DNA from: Macrostomum hystrix
Taxonomy: Eukaryota > Animalia > Platyhelminthes
Assembly (NCBI GenBank): GCA_950097015.1
Contig: CATNEN010000037.1
Location: 744,001 to 808,000, forward strand
Reading direction: 5' to 3'
Length of the DNA stretch: 64,000 nt
Part shown: positions 1 to 12,000 of the stretch, piece by piece
How the letters are laid out: the number at the start of each line of letters is the position of its first letter
Numbering within the stretch: position 1 is the first letter of the stretch
Made by a program: the position numbers and the translations under genes
Notes under the pieces: generated by a model
Told to the model about the DNA's origin: nothing
Seen by the model: the letters and a program-made list of their open reading frames with translations, nothing else
Database searches by the model: none

Positions 1-3000
1 TACATTCATCTGTACGACCTGGACACGGCCACCTGCTTGTACATGAACCGCATTAGTAGCGAGACAATCTTTGTCACTGTGCCGCACGAGGCTAGCGGCG
101 GCATTATGGGCGTCAATAGAAAGGGCCAAGTGCTCAGTGTCAGCATGGACGAGGATAACGTTATAGGTAAGTTGCTTCAGTTTGTTATTTTGATTTCTAG
201 CTAGCTGAAAAAAATGTGTGCCATGAATCAGTAGTTGGATTGTCATAACATCAAATTAACATGCATTGTAAAGCTGTGACCTAGTTATGTGCAAACGGAA
301 GTCTATTGGAAAAATTCATATGGCCATTTTTTAACTTGCAAAAATTAGCCTGAATTATGGTCCTTGATTGAGATAAAATTTGCAATATCTCCACAGAGGC
401 TTTCAACTTCTGCTTCGTAAGGCAATGCAGTACCAAATTAATAATTGTGACCTCAACTTCTATTCGGACTGTGACTCAATTGTACACTAGATTATGCTGC
501 ATTTAACAGCTGTGTGAACTAAGGCAATGCAGAGTTAAGTGTCTTGCTGACTTGCTAGAAGGACACAAGTTGTTTTAGTGTAGTCAGGAAACGAACACCC
601 GATCTTGTGTGGTCGGTGGCAGAGCGGTTAACGCGTTTGCTTCGAATTTCCTGAACTCGATTCCGCGGCGAGGCCACATTTATTTGGGGCGCAGCCGTGC
701 AATTTACGCCCTTGTGGGCCAACCTCCAAGGCACAGTGAAATGTACACTGCCTGATGATGAGAAAGTCAGGGCAGATGTACACAGGTGTATGAGCGTGTG
801 CCTGCGTACGGTATCTGTGTGCGTGTGTGCTCAGGAGTCAGCGAAATGGGCAGAATTGCCTCCTTGCTGGCTTCGGGTCTAGTGTCACCAAATGATGTGC
901 CGTTGCCCGCAGCCCTCCTGCAATTATTATTATTATTAAGCCCCGACCTTGTTAATTGGTTAGGTTACTTTTAAGATGTGGATTACTAAAATAATTTCAA
1001 TATATGGTTTAATTAAATCTATATTGAAAACAAAGAAGGCAGTTTTGTGACATCTTCTCTATCCACTTCGCAATCCAATTTCAATATTTCCAGGCTACGT
1101 AACCAACAATCTGCAGAACCCCGAGCTGGCCCTGAAGCTGGCCTCACGCAACAATCTGCAAGGCGCCGACGATCTGTTTCTGCGCAAATTCAACGCCCTA
1201 TTCCAGCAGGGCAATTATTCGGAAGCGGCTAAAGTAGCAGCCAGCGCTCCCAAGGGTATCTTGCGCACGCCGCAGACCATTCAACGCTTCCAGCAGGTGC
1301 CAGTGCAGCCGGGCACCACCTCGCCAATGCTGCAGTACTTCACCATCCTGCTTGACCAGGGCCAGTTGAACAAATACGAAAGCCTGGAACTCTGCCGGCC
1401 AGTGCTGCAGCAGGGACGCAAACAGGTGGTTGAGAAGTGGCTCAAGGAGGACAAACTGGAGTGCTCTGAGGAGCTTGGCGATCTGGTCAAGCAGACTGAC
1501 CCAACGCTGGCTTTGAGTGTGTACCTCCGGGCCAATGTGCCGCATAAGGTTATCCAGTGCTTTGCCGAGACTGGCCAGTTCCAGAAGATTGTGCTCTACG
1601 CCAAGAAGGTGAGTGGCTTAATGAAGCTGGGCCACTGTGCTCAGGGTATAGCTAGGTCTTTTTTTAATGTTAGATTTCATCCTATTTATAATTTTCTACT
1701 TTGTTTTCCACTCTGTTCTGCTTTATCTTTTGTCGTATCCTTTTCTGTTTCCACTATTGTATTTTAAATCGACTCTATTTCGTTAATTCTACTCGTTTGT
1801 TTATTATACTCTATTCTGAATATTCTACTGTTCAGTTCATTAGACTCTACTTGGTTTAGTTCCACTCTAATCTGTTTGATTCTACTCTAATCTGTTTCAT
1901 TCTACTCTAATCTGTTTGATTCTACTCTAATCTGTTTCATTCTACTCTAATCTGTTTGATTCTACTGTAATCTGTTTCATTCTATTCTATTCTAATCTGT
2001 TTCATTCTACTCTAATCTGTTTCATTCTACTATAATCTGTTTGATTCTACTGTAATCTGTTTCATTCTACTCTAATCTGTTTCATTCTACTCTAATCTGT
2101 TTGATTCTACTCTAATCTGTTTGATTCAATTCTAATATGTTTCATTCTACTCCAATCTGTTTAATTCTATTCTAATCTGTTTCATTCTACTCTAATCTGT
2201 TTCATTCTACTCTAATCTGTTTGATTCTACTGTAATCTGTTTGATTCTACTGTAATCTGTTTCATTCTACTGTAATCTGTTTCATTCTATTCTAATCTGT
2301 TTAATTCAATTCTAATCTGTTTCATTCTACTCTAATCTGTTTGATTCTACTCTAATATGTTTCATTCTACTCCAATCTGTTTCATTCTACTCTAATCTGT
2401 TTAATTCTATTCTAATCTGTTTAATTCAATTCTAATCTGTTTCATTCTACTCTAATCTGTTTAATTCAATTCTAATATGTTTCATTCTACTCCAATCTGT
2501 TTCATTCTACTCTAATCTGTTTCATTCTACCGTAATCAGTTTAATTCAATTCTAATCTGTTTCATTCTATTCTAATCTGTTTCATTCTATTCTAATCTGT
2601 TTCATTCTATTCTAATCTGTTTCATTCTACTCTAATCTGTTTAATTCAATTCTAATCTGTTTCATTCTATTCTAATCTGTTTCATTCTATTCTAATATGT
2701 TTCATTCTACTCCAATCTGTTTCATGCTACTCCAATCTGTTTCATGCTACTCTAATCTGTTTCATTCTATTCTAATCTGTTTCATTCTACTCCAATCTGT
2801 TTCATTCTACTCTAACCTGTTTCATTCTACCGTAATCAGTTTAATTCAATTCTAATCTGTTTCATTCTATTCTAATCTGTTTCATTTTACTCTAATCTGT
2901 TTCATTCTATTCTAATCTGTTTCATTCTATTCTAATCTGTTTCATTCTACTCTAATCTGTTTAATTCAATTCTAATCTGTTTCATTCTATTCTAATCTGT

Positions 3001-6000
3001 TTCATTCTATTCTAATATGTTTCATTCTACTCCAATCTGTTTCATGCTACTCCAATCTGTTTCATGCTACTCTAATCTGTTTCATTCTATTCTAATCTGT
3101 TTCATTCTATTCTAATCTGTTTCATTCTATTCTAATCTGTTTCATTCTATTCTAATCTGTTCCATTCTACTCTAATCTGTTTGATTCTACTCTAATCTGT
3201 TTTATTCTACTCTAATCTGTTTGATTCTACTCTAATCTGTTTCATTCTACTCTAATCTGTTTGATTCTACTCTAATCTGTTTGATTCTACTCTAATCTGT
3301 TTTTTCTACCCTGTTATTCTATCTGTTATATTTTACTTAGCTCTGTTTACTTCCAATTTATTCAGTTTTGTTTTACTCTGTACAGTATATTCCGTATTCG
3401 TGTATCTACTGAGGCATATTGCCGAAATTTGAGTACATTTGAGCAAACTATTCCCCAGGTGGGCTACTCACCGGACTACATCTTCCTGTTGCGCAATCTG
3501 ATGCGCATCAATCACGAGCAGGGCTTGCAGTTCGCCCAGATGCTTGTGCAAGACGACGAGCCACTAGCCGACATCAGCCTGATTGTGGACGTCTTCATGG
3601 AGCAGAATCTTGTGCAACAGTGCACCAGCTTCCTGTTGGACGCTTTGAAGAACAATCGGCCAAGCGAGGGCCACCTGCAGACCCGCCTGCTGGAGATGAA
3701 CCTGCTGTCAGCGCCTCAGGTTGCCGATGCCATCCTTGGCAACCAGATGTTCTCCCACTACGATAAGGCTCACATTGCCAGCCTGTGCGAGAAGGCCGGC
3801 CTGCTGCAGCGAGCACTTGAGCACTATACTGACCTGTACGACATCAAGAGAGCCGTGGTGCACACCCACATGCTCAATCCCGACTGGCTAGTCAACTATT
3901 TTGGCAATCTCAGCGTGGACGACTCTCTGGAATGCTTGAAGGCTATGCTCCAGGCTAATATTAGACAGAATCTGCAGGTATGCTGGCTGTATATAAAACT
4001 AAAAAAACGTTTTAGAAATTTAGAAATTCCAAATCCTAAAATCACCACGAAGCTCAAAGACCAGAGTTCTGGCATCCACAAATACTTAAATCCAAAAATT
4101 ACAATCCCGTGTTCTACAAAAATCCCCAAATTCTACTACTCCACACATTAAAAGAATCAATGAATTCTACTTTACCTTAATTCTTTAGGATGATTCCATG
4201 CTGAGAATCTACCCAACTGGGCGTTTTCTCGGTGCTTCTTGGTGGCGAAATGGAATCACCCAAAGAATCCTCCAGTTCGGAAGATTCCATGCTCAGAAAC
4301 CGCCGAGGAATCGCCCCTAAATAATTCTCTGGTTGTCCCATGGGCCACTGGTTCAGGTGATTCTTCGTCGGTTTCCGCACAATTTACGGTTACATCGGCT
4401 GCTTCCTGGGTGGTTTCTTTAACTCTTGCGAGATAGGGGGGATTTTGGTAGATTCCACTCCTATTTCGCACAAAAAACCCGCCGAAGAAGCAGCCGAATT
4501 TTTTACAGGGCAAATGTCACAATCCCCAAATGTCACAATCCCCAAATGTCACAATCCCCAAATGTCACAATCCCCAAATGTCACAATCCCTAAGCGCTAA
4601 AATCCCTGAATGTTACAAATTCCCAGTTCTACAATCCCTAAATCCTATAATCTCTGAATTTTTTCAGCCCAAATTCTACAATCCATAAATTATTTAATCC
4701 CGATTGCCACATCCTAAAATTATTTGATTTCTAAATTTTTCAATCCTTGAATCCCAAGATTTCCTCAATGAGTTGCTTTGGTTTTGTGGATAGCCTGTAA
4801 TTTAGAGAGTAATTAAATAAACAAATGGCCTCTCTCAAACTCTCTCAAATCCCCTCACTAATTCCAGGTGTGCGTCCAAATCGCTTCCAAATACCACGAG
4901 CAGTTGGGCGCCGCTGCACTGATTGAAATCTTCGAACAATTCAAAAGCTACGAAGGCCTTTTCTATTTCCTTGGCAGCATTGTGAACTTCAGCCAGGATC
5001 CTGAGGTGCACTTTAAGTACATCCAGGCCGCATGCAAGACCTCGCAGTTCAAAGAGGTTGAACGAATTGTGCGCGAGTCCAGCGTCTACGAAGCCGAACG
5101 AGTTAAGAACTTCCTCAAGGAGGCTAAGCTCACGGATCAACTGCCTCTCATCATTGTGTGCGACCGCTTCGACTTTGTGCACGATCTGGTACTCTATCTC
5201 TATCGGAACAACCTGCAAAAATACATTGAGATCTACGTCCAGAAGGTAAAAGATTTTTCTCCTTATTCCCCTTTATAGTTCCCTCATTATCTGCTGTAGG
5301 ATTTGCCCAGATTTCTTGCTTAGGGATTCCCCTCAAGATTTGTAGCTTAGGGATTCCCTCAGGATTTGTAGCTTAGGGATTCCCTCAGGATTTGTAACTT
5401 AGGGATTACCCTCCAGATGTATATCTTAGGGATTCGCCTCAGGATTTGTAGCTTAGGGTTTACCCTCCAGATTTGTAGCTTAGGGATTCACCTCCGATTC
5501 ATCTCCGGATTTGTAGCCTGCGGTTTACCCTCCAGACTTGTAGCTTAGGGATTCCCCTCCGGATTTGTTGCTTTGGGATTCCCCGTCAGATTTTTTGTTA
5601 TGGGATTCCTCTAAAGATTTCTTTGCTTAGCATTCCCTTCTGATTTTATTGCTTATGAATTACCAATCCGATCTTTTTTATTTCTTTTGGAATTCGGGAC
5701 ATGCTTAGTGCCTTACATTCAAATACTGACTGTGGCTGACACTCAAAATCTCCTAAATCCCCAGGTGAACCCCAGCCGTCTGCCTGTCGTGGTAGGCGGC
5801 CTACTCGATGTCGATTGTGCCGAAGACGTCATCAAGCAGCTCATCCTGGTTGTCCGCGGCCAGTTCTCCACTGACGAACTCGTTGCCGAGGTTGAGAAGC
5901 GCAACCGGCTCAAACTGCTGCTGCCCTGGCTGGAGCACCGGGTGCACGAAGGCTCGGAGGAGCCGGCAACGCACAACGCCTTAGCCAAGATCTACATTGA

Positions 6001-9000
6001 CGCCAATAATAATCCCGAACGATTCCTAAAGGAGAATCGATTCTACGATTCCCGAGTGATTGGCCGCTACACTGAGAAGCGCGATCCGCATCTGTCCTGC
6101 ATCGCCTACGAGCGGGGACAATGCGACGACGATCTCATTAGGGTGTGCAACGAGAACTCGCTGTTCAAGTCCCAGGCCAGGTACTTGGTCAAGCGTAAGG
6201 ATGAGATCCTCTGGGCCAGGGTTCTGCAGGAGGACAACGTCTATAGGAGGCAGCTTATCGATCAGGTGTGCGCTGTTTGGCAAGTTTTTTAATCCCTATA
6301 AATGATTGAGTCTTCTTATTCTACAATCGCTGAATACTACCTTCCCAGAAATTTTTAATCCCCGAATTCTACAGTCCCTGAATTCTTCAATCCCTGAATT
6401 CTACAGTCCCTGAATTCTACAGTCCCTGAATTCTACAGTCCCCGAATTCTACAGTCCCCGAATTCTACAGTCCCTGAATTCTACAGTCCCTGAATTCTAC
6501 AGTCCCTGAATTCTACAGTCCCCGAATTCTACAATCCCTGAATTCTACAGTCCCTGAATTCTACAGTCCCTGAATTCTACAGTCCCCGAATTCTACAGTC
6601 CCCGAATTCTACAGTCCCCGAATTCTACAGTCCCTGAATTCTACAGTCCCTGAATTCTACAGTCCCCGAATTCTACAGTCCCTGAATTCTACAGTCCCTG
6701 AATTCTACAGTCCCTGAATTCTACAGTCCCTGAATTCTACAGTCCCTGAATTCTACAGTCCCTGAATTCTACAGTCCCCGAATTCTACAGTCCCTGAATT
6801 CTACAGTCCCTGAATTCTACAGTCCCCGAATTCTACAGTCCCCGAATTCTACAGTCCCTGAATTCTACAGTCCCTGAATTCTACAGTCCCCGAATTCTAC
6901 AGTCCCCGAATTCTACAGTCCCTGAATTCTACAGTCCCTGAATTCTACAGTCCCTGAATTCTACAGTCCCTGAATTCTACAGTCCCTGAATTCTACAGTC
7001 CCCGAATTCTACAGTCCCCGAATTCTACAGTCCCCGAATTCTACAGTCCCTGAATTCTACAGTCCCTGAATTCTACAGTCCCCGAATTCTACAGTCCCTG
7101 AATTCTACAGTCCCTGAATTCTACAGTCCCTGAATTCTACAGTCCCTGAATTCTACAGTCCCTGAATTCTACAGTCCCTGAATTCTACAGTCCCTGAATT
7201 CTACAGTCCCCGAATTCTACAGTCCCCGAATTCTACAGTCCCTGAATTCTACAGTCCCTGAATTCTACAGTCCCTGAATTCTACAGTCCCCGAATTCTAC
7301 AGTCCCTGAATTCTTCAATCCCCGAATTCTACAGTCCCTGAATTCTACAGTCCCTGAATTCTTCAATCCCTGAATTCTTCAATCCCTGAATTCTTCAATC
7401 CCTGAATTCTTCAATCCCTGAATCCTTCAATACCTGAATTCTTAAATCCTCGAATTCTCTAATCCCTGAATTATTCAATCTCCGAGTTCATTAATGCCCG
7501 AATTATTTTATCCCCGAATTCTTCAATCCCTGAATTCTTCAATCACCGAATACTTCTATTCCCCAATTCTTTTATCCCCGAATTCTTCAATCCCTGAATA
7601 CTTCTATTCCCCAATTCTTTTATCCCCGAATTCTTCTATCCCCGAATTCTTCTATCCCCGAATTCTTTAATCCCTGAATTTTACGATGCCTGAATGCTTC
7701 AATCGCAGAATTATTAAATTCCAACTTTTTTAATCCCTAATTCTTCAATCCCAACTGTTACCATCCCTGAATTCTACGCTCCTAATCTCAAATCCCCATC
7801 AACCAATGAACCCTCAGGTGGTGCAGACAGCCCTATCGGAGACCAACGACCCGGAGGAGATCTCCGTCACCGTCAAGTCGTTCATGGCCGCCGACTTGCC
7901 AAACGAGCTAATCGAACTTCTTGAGAAGATTGTGCTGGATAACACGGTCTTCTCAGATCATCGCAATCTGCAGAATCTGCTCATCCTGACGGCAATCAAG
8001 GCCGATCGCAATCGCGTGATGGAGTACATCACTAAACTGGAGAATTTCGACGCCCCGGAGATTGCCCAGATTGCCATCAGCAATCAGCTGTTCGAGGAGG
8101 CCTTCGCCGTGTTTAAGAAATTCGAAGTCAACGAGAGCGCCATAAAGGTTAGATTTTTTAAAGTTATTATTTTAAAGTTATAAATTGGAAAACACGAGCC
8201 CAGATGTTTAAAAACAATGACCTTGCATTGCCCCCCTCTTCTAAAGGTACTAATTGAGCACATCCGCAATCTGGATCGAGCCTACGAATTCGCCGAAAAG
8301 TGCAACGAGCCGGCGGTCTGGTCCCAGCTGGCTAGCGCCCAATTAGAGCAGGGCTTTGTTAAAGAGGCCATCGACAGCTTCATCAAGGCCAACGATCCCA
8401 GCTGCTATGTTGACGTTGTCCGTGTGGCCAGCGAGACTGGGCATTGGGAGGATCTGGTGAAATTTCTCCTGATGGCGCGCAAGAAGGCCAAGGAGTCGTT
8501 CATTGAGACCGAGCTGGTGTTCGCCTACGCCAAGACTGGCCGCCTAGCCGACATGGAGGAGTACATCAACTCGCCCAATCACGCCAAGATTGCCGAGGTG
8601 GCCGACAGGTGCTTCGATCAGGAGATGTACGAGGCAGCCAAGATACTCTACAGCAACGTGTCCAACTATGCCAGGCTGGCCATCACCCAGGTTAAACTGG
8701 GCGAGTTTCAGAGCGCCGTGGAATCGGCTAGGAAGGCCAACTCGACCAGGACTTGGAAGGAGGTCAGCAAGTTTTTTAAACCAGAAAAAAATTTTGTCCT
8801 TAACAGGCAAATAGGAATTCTAGAATGGGGATTTAAAAACATGAGCCTTGAAAAAATCCCTGACCTGGTTCTAGGGGATTCAAGAAACCGAAATTTTGGG
8901 AAAACCCCTAATCAGGTTCTAGGGGATTCTAGAAACCGAAATTTCGGGAAAATCCCCTAACCTGGTTCTAGGGGATTCTAGAAACCGAAATTTGGGGAAA

Positions 9001-12000
9001 ACCCCTAATCAGGTTCTAGGGGATTCTAGAAACCGGAATTTAGGGAAAACCCCTAATCAGGTTCTAGGGGATTCTAGAAACCGAAATTTAGGGAAAACCC
9101 CTAATCAGGTTCTAGGGGATTCTAGAAACCGAAATTTAGGGAAAACCCCTAATCAGGTTCTAGGGGATTCTAGAAACCGAAATTTAGGGAAAACCCCCCT
9201 ACCTGGTTCTAGGGGATTCTAGAAACCGAAGTATAGGGAAAATCCATAATCTGGGATATTCTAGTGAAACTGAACGTAGGAGAAATCCCGAATCTCATTC
9301 TATGGGAAATCTAGCTCTGATAGGGGAAATATAGAAAACCCAAACCTAGGAAAGATCCTTAGTCTTGTTCTATGGGATTCTACCCTAAGAAAAAATTAGG
9401 AACTTGGGAAGAAATATGAAATAATCTAGTAAATTAAGTTTAAGCTGAGCAGCAATGCCCCAACCAAAAATTTCGCAGGTCTGCTTCTCCTGCCTAGAGA
9501 GCGAAGAGTATCGCTTAGCCCAGATCTGCGGCCTAAACATCATCATCCACGCTGACGAACTGGAAGAGCTGATCAACTTCTACCAGACTAGGGGCCTATT
9601 CAACGAGCTCATCTCGCTGTTCGAGGCCGGCCTAGGCTTGGACCGAGCTCATATGGGCCTATTCACTGAGCTGGCCATTCTCTACAGCAAGTATCGGCCG
9701 GCTAAGCTCAAGGAGCACCTGGAACTATTCTGGTCTCGCATCAATATACCAAAGGTGTTGCGCGCAGCGGAGCAGGCCCACCTGTGGTCCGAGCTTGTGT
9801 TCCTCTATGAGAAATACGAGGAATTCGACAATGCCATCCTGACTATGATGAAGCATCCGACTGAGGCTTGGCGCGAGTCCTTCTTCAAGGAGATGATCTC
9901 GAAGTGCGCCAATATTGAGATCTACTACAGGGCTATAAAGTTCTATTTGGATTTTAAGCCACTGCTGCTTAACGATCTGCTGCAGGTTAGTGATCAAGCT
10001 TGCCGTAATCTGATTAACAACAGGACTACCAAGCCTTTTTGCCGCCCGTTTTTATTTGCCACCAAGAAACTTCCCCCAGAAAATTTTTGGCAGCGTCCGC
10101 ATGCTAACAGCGCTGGGTGGTGACTGATTGGTTGACAGACTAGGCGATGGTGGCCTGTGGTTGAGCTGTGCCTAATATTTTGCCTTGATCAGTTAAATTC
10201 TAGAAATTCGCGTCAGGTGTCCATAGTGGCCATTAGTTCCGCCTGTTGTAGCCCTTGAAGGTCCAGCAGTCTGTCTAGATAAAGGTAGGTGACCACCGAA
10301 GACGGAGATGATGCAGGCACATTCGGGTGACATGCTGATACATTTTGAAGGCCTGGCAAGGCCGCACTGAGGCGCAGTGCTAATTCGTGTATTATGAATG
10401 AAATATTTATAAAATACACTAACGCTTATGAGAAAAATCGGACCTTCAGTCAGAACCATTGAATATCTGGACGGTCTGAACATCTAGCGACTCGATTCTT
10501 GTTTTCGAAGATGCGCAACAAAAATTTGGCCCGTGTTTTTTTAGTTTCGTTTTGCTTGCGTTGCTCCGTTCGGATGCGACACGAAAAAATGTCAGTGGGA
10601 TTCCTCCGTTTGTAGCTCTGCTGTTAAAAAAATCTATTTTTAGTAACCCTATTTTTTCGACGGTGAGAATTTTGTTTCTACTGCATCAGTTTTTAATCCC
10701 AAATCGCACCCTCATACGAACAGGTGCTGATCCCGCGCCTGGACCACACTCGCACGGTCAGTTTCTTTGCCAAGGAGGGCAAAATTTCCATGGTGAAGCC
10801 CTACCTCAAGGCCGTCCAGCAGAACAACAATAAGCACATCAACGAGGCACTGAACAGTCTCTTCATTGAAGAAGAAGACTACCAGAGTCTGCGCGCCAGC
10901 ATCGAGGCATTCAACAACTTTGACAACATCGGCCTAGCTCAGAAATGCGAGAAGCACGAACTGCTTGAATTCCGTCGCATCGCCGCCTTCCTCTACAAGG
11001 GCAACAACCGGTTCAGTCAGAGCATCGAGCTGTGCAAACGGGACCGTCTGTACAAGGACGCCATGCAGTTCGCTGCTGACTCGCGCGACTCTGAGCTGGC
11101 CGCCTCCCTGCTGCAGTGGTTCCTAGACGAGCGCCTGACCGAGTGCTTCTGCGCCTGCCTCTACCAGTGCTACGACCTGCTCAAACCAGACCGGGTCATG
11201 GAGCTGGCCTGGCGCTACAATCTCATGGACTACACCATGCCCTACATGGTACAGGTGATGGCCGAGTACCAGGCCAGGCTGGAGAGGCTTGAGCATGCCG
11301 AATCTGTCCGGGCTGAGCAGGACGACAAAGCCGACAGCGGCTCAAATCCGATTGTTATGCACAGTGAGTTTGAGTTCAATTAAATTTTATGTTGAGTTTT
11401 TAGTCCATTACTATCATCTAGTGCTGTGATTTTGAGTCCACTTCTATCATCTAGTGCTGTGATTTTGAGTCCACCTCTATCATCTAGTGCTGTGATTTTG
11501 AGTCCACTTCTATCATCTAGTGCTGTGATTTTGAGTCCACTTCTATCATCTAATGCTGTGATTTTGAGTCCACCTCTATCATCTAATGCTGTGATTTTGA
11601 GTCCACTTCTACTATCATGTGCTGGGAATTTAAGTTTCTTTCAAGCTCCTATTGAGATATTTAGTCCGCTTTGTATCATCTCATCGTGAGATTAATTATA
11701 ATCTATAATCTCAAGATTCCAATCCGATTATATCACCATCTGGTTTTTAGCCTGCATTTTAGAAAACTCAGACAGTCGATATTTTTATAAATTTATTTCT
11801 ATCTCGCATGATCTCTTAGTTTTCACGCATTATTTTGTCTTGCTCCTGCTTCCATTTTTTAAAGCAATGCAGCCGGCCCTTTGCTGGGGCCCCGGTCCGC
11901 AGTTACATCAGCAGCAGCAGCAGCAGCTGTTCTCTACACAGCCTCCTCACTTGACAGCCTTCAGAAAATTAAACAGCACTAGAAGCAGTACGCTTAAAAA

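Noticed and set aside
614-690. Functional tRNA genes
   Set aside because: A/B boxes are present but there is no acceptor stem or cloverleaf; these are SINE heads.
745-790. Hammerhead ribozyme in SINE A (CTGATGA..GAAA)
   Set aside because: There is no helix II or helix III and no UH cleavage triplet. The segment folds as a simple hairpin, and the motif is lost in the 29.3k copy.
697-974. Similar short ORFs MQFTPL... at 697, 29286 and 51327
   Set aside because: They are translations of SINE copies, with frameshifts between copies.
10340-10390. HDV-like ribozyme in family B (hairpin followed by GCTAA)
   Set aside because: No room for a P1 3' strand between the two hairpins, and no L3 consensus.
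10213-10419. Shared peptide [20 protein letters not shown] (also at 56224)
   Set aside because: All three core differences are non-synonymous and the flanks are unrelated in frame, so this is a non-coding repeat.
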